64,000 nucleotides of DNA from an uncultured Candidatus Saccharibacteria bacterium (GCA_963520855.1 CAUQSI010000001.1:184905-248904), one strand, 5' to 3'. Shown: positions 9,900-19,406, counted from the first letter of the stretch. A program made the numbers and translations. The notes: generated by a model not told the origin, from the letters alone.

Positions 9900-9981
9900 A
9901 GCAAACCTCCTTTCTCTCTCTGTATCTCATTTCCTCACCGAGGGATGCCCGTCGTGATGACGAACATCCCCCAGCGGTATG

Positions 9982-11442
9982 TCACTCCTCGCGCGAGGAG
10001 CGACGACTAAACCAGCCCATGATCAGAGCCATAACCCCAGTCGCAACGAAGGCGACTGTGGCAATCAAGAGCTGGTCACCGGCAGTGCCAGTGACTGCCA
10101 GTATCCCACCTGGCCGCTTGTGCAGCGGCTGGGATGGGGGCGACACGACCTCCTGACCCCGCGTGGGGGTCGGGGAGGCGGCCGGCGCAGTCGCCGAAGG
10201 CGTTGCCTTCGGTGTCGGCGTGACCGACGGAGTCGGCGTTGCCGTCGCACTTGGTGATGGCGTTGCGCTGGGCGTTGCCGACGGAGTTGTCGACGGCGTC
10301 ACCGATGGTGTCGGGGTCACTGACGGGGTCGGCGTGGGCTCCGGGGTTGGAGTCGGTGTCGGGGTCACTGACGGGGTCGGCGTGGGCTCCGGGGTTGGAG
10401 TCGGTGTCGGCGTTGCGCTCGGTGATGGTGTCGGCTCCGGCGGCTTCAGGAGGTAGCTTGCGCCACCTCCCGCCTCCGGCCGCCGCACCGTGGCGGAGGC
10501 GTCCCAGGAGTGATCCTGGGACGTAACCGTGACGTTGTCCGTCCATGGACCCGGGTCGCCCGGGTCTACCGACAGGTTCAACTCAAAGCGAGCCTTCTCG
10601 CCCGCATCGAGTTTAACCTTGACGGTCACGGTGGTGGAGGCGCACTCCACCACGGTAACCGGGGCGTAGCGGGTGTACTGGGGCTGACCCCAGACGCCCG
10701 CTCTCGAGTACACACCAGCCTGACCGGCTGGTGTGGGGCAGTTGAATGCCTGACCCGGCGACGTGAGAACGTCGCGGACCAGGAACTCTTGGTCGTTCTG
10801 AGTGGCGGTGGGTAGAGCCACCGCCACCGTTACCCGGGAGGGGTCGTCCTGATGGACGTACCCCCACTTTGACGCCCAAGTTTCGGGTTGCGAGCAACCT
10901 GGGCATTCAGCAACCTTTATAGGAGTCCGACGGATCTGTCCGCCGAAGTCCCACAGGAGATCCCGGGTCTCGCCCGGGACGAGGACGTCCTCCAAGGAAC
11001 TCCGCCACCAGGCGTGTCCCTCGAAGGCGTAGTGATCGCTCACTTCAACGGCATCGGTCAGCGTGACGCTGACCTTACCGTCGGTGTAGACGGCGTGGGC
11101 AATGACCTCGCCGCCGTCTGTGGTCAAGTCGACTGGGGAGTTGTTGCTCCCCAGTTCTTGCGGTGGCGTGAAGGTGATGCTATCACCTTCACAGTGCCCC
11201 TCCTCAAGGGAGAGGCCGAACCCAAATTCAACGCGCTCATACGCGCTGAATTCGTTAGAGCCGTCGACAGCGCGGATATACTCCGCGCTGATTTCCTCCG
11301 GCCCAATGGGCCGGGGAGTGCACGACGACGTTGCCGCCGTCGTGTCGGGGCTCTCGGGGACAGCAGCTGCCACCCCCGAGAACCCGAAGACCATAGCTAG
11401 CAGCGCAAACAGCGCTGCTAGCCCACGTTTCTTCATGGGCAT
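9982..11442 (-). CDS. GC-rich cell-surface protein: signal peptide, Ig-like/collagen-binding-type beta domains, Pro/Thr stalk, LAVTG sorting signal
   Basis: AGGAG 7 nt before ATG 11442; [12 protein letters not shown]...VAAA signal; PT repeats; LAVTG + TM + RRSSR tail; GC visibly far above flanks. Confidence 0.85.
   Translation of the reverse strand: MPMKKRGLAALFALLAMVFGFSGVAAAVPESPDTTAATSSCTPRPIGPEEISAEYIRAVDGSNEFSAYERVEFGFGLSLEEGHCEGDSITFTPPQELGSNNSPVDLTTDGGEVIAHAVYTDGKVSVTLTDAVEVSDHYAFEGHAWWRSSLEDVLVPGETRDLLWDFGGQIRRTPIKVAECPGCSQPETWASKWGYVHQDDPSRVTVAVALPTATQNDQEFLVRDVLTSPGQAFNCPTPAGQAGVYSRAGVWGQPQYTRYAPVTVVECASTTVTVKVKLDAGEKARFELNLSVDPGDPGPWTDNVTVTSQDHSWDASATVRRPEAGGGASYLLKPPEPTPSPSATPTPTPTPEPTPTPSVTPTPTPTPEPTPTPSVTPTPSVTPSTTPSATPSATPSPSATATPTPSVTPTPKATPSATAPAASPTPTRGQEVVSPPSQPLHKRPGGILAVTGTAGDQLLIATVAFVATGVMALIMGWFSRRSSREE
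10307..10410. repeat. 48-bp tandem repeat (about 2.2 copies) encoding the PT stalk
   Basis: ggtgtcggggtcactgacggggtcggcgtgggctccggggttggagtc at 10307 and 10355, partial at 10403. Confidence 0.9.
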
Positions 11443-11472
11443 GGGAAATCTCCTATGATAGGGAGTTGGAAT

Positions 11473-11557
11473 GGATACAGATGTTAAAGTACATTTCGGT
11501 TCGCGTCCAGCTGGGCTGGAACAGCGAATCAAAAATGACTCTAGCACATCCGTATCC
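11473..11557 (-). ncRNA. Long irregular hairpin in the 5' UTR of the surface protein gene
   Basis: Nested pairings GGATACGGATGT/ACATCTGTATCC, CATTTT/GAAATG, TTCGC/GCGAA, TCCAGC/GCTGGA; promoter TTGCAT-17-TAGAAT at 11600-11572. Confidence 0.65.
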
Positions 11558-11635
11558 CACTGGGCTTTACTATTCTAGCATAAAATACAGAAAAATGCAA
11601 TACTCCCACGGCTATCTCGGCGACGTCACCCCAGT

Positions 11636-11663
11636 AAAAATCCCGCCATGATCGGCGGGATTT
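11636..11663 (-). terminator. rplA terminator
   Basis: AATCCCGCC/GGCGGGATT stem with T-run on the minus strand. Confidence 0.75.
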
Positions 11664-11692
11664 GATGGGTTAAACTGCGAGATTAACTATGT

Positions 11693-12664
11693 CTAGAGGT
11701 TGTTTTCAACTTTGATACCAGGACCCATGGTAGTAGTCACGGCAACACTTTTGACGTAGGCGCCTTTGAGGCTGCTTGGTTTTTGGGCGTTTAGGCTGCT
11801 CAAAAATGCGCGGGCGTTGTCTTGTAGTTTTTCTGTACCAAACGACACCTTACCGACGCTCAAGTGAACGATGGCCTGTTTGTCGACGCGGTATTCAACC
11901 TTACCGGCTTTGGCTTCGGTGACAGCAGTCGCCACGTCTGTTGCTACGGTGCCAGACTTTGGATTTGGCATCAACCCGCGTGGGCCGAGCAAGCGAGCGT
12001 ATTTACCAAGCTTTGGCATGTACTGTGGTGTTGCTACTAAAATGTCAAAGTTCAATTCTTCTTTGTCCAGCTGCTTCAAGAATTCTTCATCACCGATGAT
12101 GTCGGCGCCAGCTTTTTTGGCAGCGGCGTGCTCTTCTTCTGGTGCAAATACTGCGACGCGTACGTCTTTACCAGTACCGTGAGGTAGTGACACGGTTGAG
12201 CGAATGTTCTGGTCTGCCTGGCGTGGGTCAACGCCGAGCCGAACGTGCAGTTCCACTGACGCGTCAAATTTGACTGGGCTGGTCTTGGTCGCCAGCTTCA
12301 AGGCTTCTTCCAGGGTGTAGACTTTGTCTTTCTCGATCTTTTGGGCAGCTTCTTGGTATTTTTTACCGCGGCGCTCTAGGCGTGGTCGAGTGACTGGCTT
12401 TGGACCTTTTTTGATGTGTGCTTCAGTGTCTTCGTCTTGCGGAGTGGTGTCGCCTGCTTCTTTGCGAGCTTCCTTCTCTGCTTTAGCTTCAGCTTCGTCC
12501 AAAGCTTTTTGGCTGCGCTTGCCTGCTTTGGCGACGTGTGCTTCGCGAACTTCGTGTTTTTCAGCGCCGGCAATGGCAGCCTCGATTTCAGCGATGGTGT
12601 TTTTTTCGCTGACTTCTAGGTTTAGTTCTGCTGCTTTTTCCAGCAATTCGGCTTTTTTGGCCAT
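11693..12664 (-). CDS. rplA: 50S ribosomal protein uL1 with about 95-aa N-terminal extension
   Basis: KFDASVE, LGVDPRQADQ, LPHGTGK, LGPRGLMPNPKSGT; GAAAGGA SD before ATG 12664. Confidence 0.96.
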   Translation of the reverse strand: MAKKAELLEKAAELNLEVSEKNTIAEIEAAIAGAEKHEVREAHVAKAGKRSQKALDEAEAKAEKEARKEAGDTTPQDEDTEAHIKKGPKPVTRPRLERRGKKYQEAAQKIEKDKVYTLEEALKLATKTSPVKFDASVELHVRLGVDPRQADQNIRSTVSLPHGTGKDVRVAVFAPEEEHAAAKKAGADIIGDEEFLKQLDKEELNFDILVATPQYMPKLGKYARLLGPRGLMPNPKSGTVATDVATAVTEAKAGKVEYRVDKQAIVHLSVGKVSFGTEKLQDNARAFLSSLNAQKPSSLKGAYVKSVAVTTTMGPGIKVENNL

Positions 12665-12678
12665 GAGTGATATCCTTT

Positions 12679-12727
12679 CTGTGGTACAACCGGTGCTCGG
12701 CTTTTCCCGAGGTTCACCTCCCAACAT
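12679..12727 (-). promoter_or_regulatory. Putative L1-binding leader
   Basis: GGGAG-GTG...CAC...TACCAC with internal CTCGG/CCGAG hairpin, directly upstream of the rplA SD. Confidence 0.6.
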
Positions 12728-12779
12728 TGATTATTATTCCGGTTGATTATATCAGTTTTGGTGACTGTTTTCAATGAGG

Positions 12780-13955
12780 TTAGTGCGCCAAACGCCGAAA
12801 GGCTGTGACGAAGGTGTTGTTAGGCACCACAAACAGGTCCGCTCGTGAGCTGTCATCTATCGGGACGAGTCGTAGTCCAAATCGCCACTGTCCGGATACT
12901 TCCTCACAGTGCAGCTCTGGCTTGGCATTGATGGTATGGTCGTCAAACATCTCCTGCCATTCACCGTTGTTGTCGGTGTAGAATATCCCGTCAACATAAA
13001 ACTTGCCTGCCTCAAGCATATGTTCCGTCAAAAAATTCTCATCAGCCATGAGTTGCGCGCATAGCTCTGAAGCTTCAGCCTGCATCAGTTTGGTTATGCG
13101 CTCAGCTGGAAGATTGCGCTGGCTCAAGTCAGTGGCTCTGTCCGCAAGTAGATACTCGGTTGCTTCGATTGACTGACTGCGCCATTTGTCCTGAAAAGTC
13201 GCCAGGTAGTCAAATGGCTGGCTTTCATCTCTCTGTTCGTGATAGATGAGGTCGATATCTGCTAGCTGATCAAACGGTACGATGGTCTTTGTTACACCGT
13301 GAGTCATTTCGATATGAAGTTTGGGCAGCAGTTTGGCTTCCCCGTCTTCTAAAACAACTGGCACAAATACAGCGAGCTTGTCGGCGATGATTGGCTCGGT
13401 TTGTTTAAAAATATTCACAATGGCTTGACAATGCTCTGAGTCGGCAAGCAGCTCATCAAACTTCCTGGTAGCTTTTTCGGTGAGTCGTTGTATGATGAGT
13501 TGCTGTTGTTCGGGGTCAAGCTTGCTGAATGATTTCCTTGACAAAACTCGGTTGACTAGTCCACCGGTATCATAAACCAGTTCGGCGTAGTCCGACGGCT
13601 CTTCTGGCTCCTGCTGACGAATCTCCATGATGCGAGATACATCCAAGCGGTCGCCGTTATCGAGCGCCAAGCGTACCGTGCGTTCGCCCAGCTCTGAACT
13701 GACCTCAAACCGTGCGACTGCTTCTGAGAACTGTTCAATACCTAAGGTAGGCTCACCATCACTGTTGTTGTGGGAGGTTATGGCGGTGATGTCGACCGGC
13801 TTGCTTAGTAACTCAGGAGTGAATAGTTGGTTGTTCAGGGTTTTCTGCAATGTCTCGTCTAGGTCTAGCGTCGCTTCCCTGTTGTAGGCCATATCCATCA
13901 GGCTGCCCAAATCAATTGGTCGCTTCTGGGGACTGGTAAATGGTGCTTCGCTCAT
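12780..13955 (-). CDS. Acidic hypothetical protein
   Basis: Long ORF (start 13955 or 13961), D/E-rich, no recognisable motif. Confidence 0.75.
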   Translation of the reverse strand: MSEAPFTSPQKRPIDLGSLMDMAYNREATLDLDETLQKTLNNQLFTPELLSKPVDITAITSHNNSDGEPTLGIEQFSEAVARFEVSSELGERTVRLALDNGDRLDVSRIMEIRQQEPEEPSDYAELVYDTGGLVNRVLSRKSFSKLDPEQQQLIIQRLTEKATRKFDELLADSEHCQAIVNIFKQTEPIIADKLAVFVPVVLEDGEAKLLPKLHIEMTHGVTKTIVPFDQLADIDLIYHEQRDESQPFDYLATFQDKWRSQSIEATEYLLADRATDLSQRNLPAERITKLMQAEASELCAQLMADENFLTEHMLEAGKFYVDGIFYTDNNGEWQEMFDDHTINAKPELHCEEVSGQWRFGLRLVPIDDSSRADLFVVPNNTFVTAFRRLAH

Positions 13956-14059
13956 GTACATATATTATACCAGTGAATTGCAGAAAAATCAATAGCAGTG
14001 AGCTCATTTCATAGAATAATTGCGTGTTTAGCAACAATGTGATAGTATTTGTAATTACT

Positions 14060-14593
14060 ATGGAACGTGGAGAAAACAGTAATCTTACACCTGGTGGGCA
14101 CGATGAAACAACTATTGGCGCGACCTTTGATGACATTATGGCGGGCGCAGACATAACTGGCGAAGACATGGCTGCTGTTCCCGAGAAGTGCCGAGACTGT
14201 CCAGTGTTAAAGCGCAACCTAGGAGAGATAGCTTGTATACGTAAAGAAGTGCAAGAAGGTCTGAGCGCGGATCCTGAAGAGCTAAAGAAGCGTTTACTGA
14301 TGATGAGAGAAGCGGGTCATGAGGCTTTGGCGCGATTAACAGAGGGCCAGATAGATCAAATAGCCGCTAGTGCTACAAGCCATCAGCAAAGAGAGGCTTT
14401 AGCAATATTAAACAACTTTGATCAGCAATCGCCTAAACTACAGGCTGATGTAGATCTTCTTACTGGTCATTGTGCGGGACCTCTTAAGATGCGTGGTTCG
14501 CGGGATGGCAAGACGGTGACAGTAACGAGCTGTATGTCGGGTATAATAGCCCATTCAGGTAAAACAGGATTTGCCGACGTACACTACAGTTAG
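14060..14593 (+). CDS. Hypothetical protein with CxxC, helical insert and two further Cys
   Basis: ORF from ATG 14060; CRDC...HCAGP...TSC. Confidence 0.65.
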   Translation: MERGENSNLTPGGHDETTIGATFDDIMAGADITGEDMAAVPEKCRDCPVLKRNLGEIACIRKEVQEGLSADPEELKKRLLMMREAGHEALARLTEGQIDQIAASATSHQQREALAILNNFDQQSPKLQADVDLLTGHCAGPLKMRGSRDGKTVTVTSCMSGIIAHSGKTGFADVHYS

Positions 14594-14626
14594 CGGTCTA
14601 TCACGTGTTCTGATACAATAGATCAT

Positions 14627-15919
14627 ATGGACTTTATTACAATTACACACATCAGAGCACGTCAAATTTTAGATTCTCGAGGCAATCCAACGGTTGAAGC
14701 AGATGTCATATTGAGCGACGGTTGTTTTGGTCGGGCTGCGGTGCCGTCCGGAGCGAGTACTGGGTCTCACGAAGCGGTAGAGCTACGAGATGATGAATTG
14801 CCATTTGGTGGCAAGGGTGTTCTAAAAGCAGTTGAAAATGTCAACACGGAAATTGCTGACGCACTGCGCGGCATGAGTCCGTTTGACCAAGAAGCTATTG
14901 ACCAAAAGATGATCACCTTGGATGAAACGCCAAATAAGGGCCGTTTGGGGGCAAATGCCATCTTGGCGGTCAGTTTGGCAACTGCCAAAGCAGCAGCAGC
15001 GTCACGCGGTGTGGCACTGTTCACCTATATCAACACGTTGGCTGGTAACCCGCAGATGAGCTTCCCGATGCCAATGGTTAATGTCATGAACGGTGGTCAG
15101 CACGCGCTGGGTGCAACGGATATTCAGGAGTACATGATCATTCCTGTTGGTGCGTCAACCATTCAAGACGCAGTGACCATGAGCGCCGAGGTGTTCCACG
15201 TGCTGGCAAAAGTTCTCAAACAAGAGGGCTACCCAACGACTGTGGGTGATGAAGGTGGCTATGCACCTCGCGTTCGTTACGGTAACTCTGAGCCAATCAC
15301 CTTGCTCAGTCGTGCCATTGAGCAGGCTGGGTACTTGTTGGAGCGTGACTTTGCCTTTGCACTTGACGTGGCTGCCAGTGAGTTTTATCAGAGCCAGACT
15401 GAGCAGTACAATTTGTCCACGGAACATCGTGTACTAAACACAGATGAGATGATCAAAATGTATAAGGAACTGCGCGCACAATACCCAATCGTTTCCATCG
15501 AAGATGGGCTGAATGAAGAAGCGTGGCGTGGTTGGCAAAAGCTGACGCTGGAATTGGGCGGCACCACACAGTTGGTTGGTGACGACTTGTTGGTAACCAA
15601 TGTCGAGCGTCTGGAACAAGCCATCGAGCAAAAAGCTGGCAACGCCATCCTCATCAAACCAAATCAAATTGGTACACTGACCGAAACCATCGCCGCAGTT
15701 AAGATGGCCAAAGAAGCTGGCTGGAACACGGTGATGAGCCACCGTTCTGGCGAGACGGAAGATACCACCATCGCCCACTTGGCGGTTGGCTTGGGAACTG
15801 GACAAATCAAAACTGGCTCAATGTCCCGTTCAGAGCGCATCGCTAAGTACAATGAGCTGATGCGCATCTCAGAGCTGCGCCCTGACATCGAGCTGGCGCG
15901 ACCGTTTGTGCAGATGTAG
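14627..15919 (+). CDS. eno: Enolase
   Basis: ILDSRGNPTVE, VPSGASTG, VGDEGG, IKPNQIG, SHRSGET. Confidence 0.99.
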   Translation: MDFITITHIRARQILDSRGNPTVEADVILSDGCFGRAAVPSGASTGSHEAVELRDDELPFGGKGVLKAVENVNTEIADALRGMSPFDQEAIDQKMITLDETPNKGRLGANAILAVSLATAKAAAASRGVALFTYINTLAGNPQMSFPMPMVNVMNGGQHALGATDIQEYMIIPVGASTIQDAVTMSAEVFHVLAKVLKQEGYPTTVGDEGGYAPRVRYGNSEPITLLSRAIEQAGYLLERDFAFALDVAASEFYQSQTEQYNLSTEHRVLNTDEMIKMYKELRAQYPIVSIEDGLNEEAWRGWQKLTLELGGTTQLVGDDLLVTNVERLEQAIEQKAGNAILIKPNQIGTLTETIAAVKMAKEAGWNTVMSHRSGETEDTTIAHLAVGLGTGQIKTGSMSRSERIAKYNELMRISELRPDIELARPFVQM

Positions 15920-15925
15920 GACGGA

Positions 15926-16477
15926 CTAAGCGCGAATAGTGACGATGTCGCCAGCTTGCAACTTGATGATGCGTGACGCGACTGCAGTTGTTACTTCTCC
16001 GCCGTCGACATAGACACTCACCATATCACCGAAGTAATTGATGGCTTCGGTGATATTTTTGGCTGGTGGCATGCCAGCTGGGTTGGCGCTGGGTGCCAAC
16101 AAGGGGCCGGTTTGGTTGATGAGACGTGCTAAATTGCCGGTGACCAGTCGAAAAGCTAGTGTGCCGTTTTGGTGGGTGGTGTGCAAAAAAGCGTTGCTGG
16201 CTGGTACAATGATGCTGGTCGGTCGCTCGGCATTCAGCTGTAGGTAGTGCTGACGTCGAGTAGCAGTTAAACCCGGGATGTCGGAGATGTCAGCGACCAG
16301 GATGATGCAGGATTCGTTAGCTGGACGATGTTTAGCGCGATACAGGCGCTCCATGGCACAGTGGTTAGTCGCGGCAGCAACGATGCCGTAGATGGTGTCG
16401 GTTCTGAGGACGACCAATTTGGCACTAGTGAGTGCCTCTGACACACGGGGGTCGGATATGGTATTTGTGATGAGCAT
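15926..16477 (-). CDS. tsaC: Threonylcarbamoyl-AMP synthase (TsaC/YrdC)
   Basis: TDTIYG, SANPAG, VDGG motifs. Confidence 0.9.
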   Translation of the reverse strand: MLITNTISDPRVSEALTSAKLVVLRTDTIYGIVAAATNHCAMERLYRAKHRPANESCIILVADISDIPGLTATRRQHYLQLNAERPTSIIVPASNAFLHTTHQNGTLAFRLVTGNLARLINQTGPLLAPSANPAGMPPAKNITEAINYFGDMVSVYVDGGEVTTAVASRIIKLQAGDIVTIRA

Positions 16478-16494
16478 TGAATTATTTCGTTAGA

Positions 16495-16782
16495 TTAGCC
16501 ACCAAGATTTTCGATGATAGTTTGCAAAAAGCCTCTGGGGGCTGGCGGTGGTGTTTGGTCTGGCTCTTGGGTCGATGATGTTTGCTCAGCTGAAGGTGTT
16601 GCGGTAGGTTCGGTGTTGATGTGAATAGAATTAGCAGCGGTATCGGCCGCTTCCTTCAGTATGATCGCTGGCGGAATAAACAAAGCAGAGGTAATGGCTA
16701 CTGCACCGACAACGGATTTGATGGTGTCTTTGAGTCCTCTTTCGTTCTCTGTTGATAGCTTTGCAAATTCTGCCAGATCCAT
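16495..16782 (-). CDS. Small hypothetical protein with one hydrophobic segment and a P/T/Q-rich tail
   Basis: ATG 16782 lies 6 nt after TATAAT (alternative start 16788). Confidence 0.6.
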   Translation of the reverse strand: MDLAEFAKLSTENERGLKDTIKSVVGAVAITSALFIPPAIILKEAADTAANSIHINTEPTATPSAEQTSSTQEPDQTPPPAPRGFLQTIIENLGG

Positions 16783-16864
16783 ACCCATATTATATCATAT
16801 TTGGTTATAATGTACAATTACTCCCGCCTGAGCGAGAGTAATTGTAGTTGACGCGAGAAACTGA

Positions 16865-17290
16865 TTAGTCAGTAACTTCAACACCCATGCTGCGAGCAGT
16901 GCCGGCGATGATTTTGACGGCGCCGTCTGTGTCGATGGCGTTGAGCTGATCTTTTTTGACTTCAGCGATTTCTTCCAGCTGAGCGCGGGTAATTTTACCA
17001 ACCTTGTCGGTATGTGGTTTGCCGCTACCCTTTTGGATGCCAGCTTTTTCGCGGATCATATCGTCCACTGGCTGACCCAATGATTTCCATGCGAAAGTGC
17101 GGTCTTCAAACACCTGAATGTGTACAATAACGTCTTTACCCATCAGATCTTTGGTGGCGTCGTTAAATGGATTGATAAAGTCCATCATGTTTAGTCCCCA
17201 CTGACCCAAGGTTGAACCAACTGGAGGCCCAGCGGTAGCGCGACCAGCTGGAATACGTAGTTTTAGATTTCCAATGACTTTCTTTGCCAT
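16865..17290 (-). CDS. rplK: 50S ribosomal protein uL11
   Basis: AGRATAGPPVG, GLNMMDF, FNDATK, IAGTARSMG; the ORF-track start is too far upstream. Confidence 0.97.
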   Translation of the reverse strand: MAKKVIGNLKLRIPAGRATAGPPVGSTLGQWGLNMMDFINPFNDATKDLMGKDVIVHIQVFEDRTFAWKSLGQPVDDMIREKAGIQKGSGKPHTDKVGKITRAQLEEIAEVKKDQLNAIDTDGAVKIIAGTARSMGVEVTD

Positions 17291-17378
17291 GATGATAAAC
17301 CCTTTCAAAATTAGTTGAAGCGTATTGAAAGTGTGCGTAACATAGGTATTATACAAAAAAGTGTGGTATAATTCAAGC

Positions 17379-17930
17379 ATGAACGTGCGAGGCCCGCTCC
17401 CGATTAAGCGCATCATTAACGCGTTTGGTGCGGTGGGCTACACATTGCTCTTGTTTGTTTATGCGATCATCTCTTTGTCCGCTGTAGTGTGGCTGATGCG
17501 TCGCGGTAAGTTCTTTGGACTGTCAGTGAATTTGCGCACCGCAGAACCATTGATGCAGACAGTGCCGACAGAGCCAGAGCCGTTGACGGCTCAGCTGTTG
17601 AGTGCTGCGTTGGGGATTGCCACGGCGTTGGTGCTGGTCATCACCCTTACGGCTCTCACCTATTGGCTAGGGCGCGGCGGTTCGCGGATGTTGAAGCGGT
17701 CAGTGCGGTTTTGTCAGTGTCCCGTTACGTTGGTGACGTTGCTGGTGGGTAAGGTGCTGGCTTGCGGTGTGGCAACGGTGCCGGTTTTGTTGGCTGGTAT
17801 TTTACAGATGGGTAATCTGTGGGTGGTGATCATTTTGTTGGGATTTATCACCGTGGCGTTGATCATCTTTCTGCTGCAGCACTATCTGGCATACACCAGT
17901 GAAGTCGTGCAAGCTAAAGACGTTTGGTAG
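17379..17930 (+). CDS. Hypothetical membrane protein (about 4 TM)
   Basis: Hydrophobic segments; TATAAT 6 nt before ATG 17379. Confidence 0.7.
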   Translation: MNVRGPLPIKRIINAFGAVGYTLLLFVYAIISLSAVVWLMRRGKFFGLSVNLRTAEPLMQTVPTEPEPLTAQLLSAALGIATALVLVITLTALTYWLGRGGSRMLKRSVRFCQCPVTLVTLLVGKVLACGVATVPVLLAGILQMGNLWVVIILLGFITVALIIFLLQHYLAYTSEVVQAKDVW

Positions 17931-17946
17931 CTTGATGCGCGATGTA

Positions 17947-18783
17947 TTATTTTTTGCGTGACAGAAAGTGCGTGATGACATTGCCAGTAACGATGCCAGC
18001 TGCCACGCCGCCAGCGATAGTCAAGGCTTTGACGGCTTCTTTGCCAATTTCTGAGAGCATCAACATGCGAGCTATTTTGGGGTCTTTGATTTCAAGGCTG
18101 GTTGGAATTTCAGGTGGAGGAGTGTCGTCCTTTGGCGTCTGTGCTTCTTTTGATACGGTAGGTATGCTGTCGTATGTGGAATTTATCATATTAGCCTGGT
18201 GTTGCCCCAGGGATATTGCAAAATTGGCAGCAAAATAAGCAGGCATACGTGAGGGGTCTTCTTCACACTCTTCCACGGACTCCTCGTACAGTTGGTTTAC
18301 ATGTAGTTTAGCTTGCGCTGGTATGTCTGCTTGCTTTTCTGGAATACTGTCTGGAGCGATGGCATGTGCTGCAGCCATAACCGCCTGTCTATCGCTTTCC
18401 ATCAGATCGGCAAACCAAGTGAGCAAAGATTCCTTTTGCTTTGGCGTTGTCGGTAAGTCTTGTAAATAATGGGTGGCGAGTTCTCGTAATGCTGGGAGAT
18501 ACTGCATATTTAATAAGGTGCTGGACTTATTTAGAACACGCTGTTGCTCATCAATAGTCTGGTTGGCAGATAGTCTTTCGAAGGTTGTGATTAAACTATT
18601 TATGGCAGCTAGATGTTTACGGGAGGCATCTGCTAACTCATTGCCATCAGGCTCACCTAGTGCTTCTAGCCATTCTTCTGAGGCTTTGGTAGCCTCCTGG
18701 GCAGTGTCGTCACCGGGCTGTACAATATTTTCGTTATTATTGGAGTTATCATCACTGGGTTGTGGCATTTCTAGTGTGCTCAT
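17947..18783 (-). CDS. Hypothetical helical protein with C-terminal hydrophobic anchor
   Basis: 278 aa, GGAGAGG SD, acidic N-terminus, C-terminal ALTIAGGVAAGIVTG...RKK. Confidence 0.7.
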   Translation of the reverse strand: MSTLEMPQPSDDNSNNNENIVQPGDDTAQEATKASEEWLEALGEPDGNELADASRKHLAAINSLITTFERLSANQTIDEQQRVLNKSSTLLNMQYLPALRELATHYLQDLPTTPKQKESLLTWFADLMESDRQAVMAAAHAIAPDSIPEKQADIPAQAKLHVNQLYEESVEECEEDPSRMPAYFAANFAISLGQHQANMINSTYDSIPTVSKEAQTPKDDTPPPEIPTSLEIKDPKIARMLMLSEIGKEAVKALTIAGGVAAGIVTGNVITHFLSRKK

Positions 18784-18842
18784 TGTAAAACCTCTCCACC
18801 CTTTTGATAATAATGATAAATTTGCCTGTCTGGTCCCGCGCG

Positions 18843-19388
18843 TTAGACCTTTTTCACCTGCAAAGCGTCAAGTTCAACTGGAGTGTCACGTCCAAACATG
18901 CTGACCATGACGCGGATTTTGCCTTTGATTGGGTCGATTTCGGCGATCGCACCGTCAAAGCCTTTGAACGGACCATCGGTGATGGAAACAACTTCGCCCT
19001 CTGAGAAGTCAATCTGGTGCTTTGGCTCTTCGACGCCCATGCGCTTTTTGATTTTGGCAATTTCTTTGTCAGAAACTGGTGTTGGCGTAGTGTCGGCACC
19101 GACAAATCCAGTCACGCCAGGCGTGTTGCGGATGATGTACCAGGTTTCATCAGTTAGGTTCATTTCTACTAAAACGTAGCCTTGGAAGATCTTGGCCTCA
19201 ACGACTTTGCGTTTGCCGTTTTTGATTTGGATTTGTTTTTCTTTTGGGACCATGACGTCGAAAATTTTGTCTGCCATGTCAACACCGTTGATGCGCTGAC
19301 GAATGGATTCTGCTACTTTTTCTTCGTAGCCAGAATAGGTGTGAATAGCGTACCACTGACGGGTTGAGTCGTAACGATTATTTGCCAT
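18843..19388 (-). CDS. nusG: Transcription termination/antitermination factor NusG
   Basis: WYAIHTYSGYE, NTPGVTGFVG, KOW DGPF..F, VSMFGR.TPVEL. Confidence 0.98.
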   Translation of the reverse strand: MANNRYDSTRQWYAIHTYSGYEEKVAESIRQRINGVDMADKIFDVMVPKEKQIQIKNGKRKVVEAKIFQGYVLVEMNLTDETWYIIRNTPGVTGFVGADTTPTPVSDKEIAKIKKRMGVEEPKHQIDFSEGEVVSITDGPFKGFDGAIAEIDPIKGKIRVMVSMFGRDTPVELDALQVKKV

Positions 19389-19406
19389 AAAAAACTCCTT
19401 TTACCT

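Noticed and set aside
10065..11458. Overlapping and antisense ORFs in the GC-rich gene (GV-repeat, Arg-rich)
   Set aside because: Shadow frames of the PT repeat in high-GC DNA, with no expression signals
9819..11600. Similar 29-bp sequences on both sides of the GC-rich gene as a target-site duplication
   Set aside because: Both are TTGCAT-17-TGC/TAnAAT promoters with divergent spacers; promoter consensus explains the similarity
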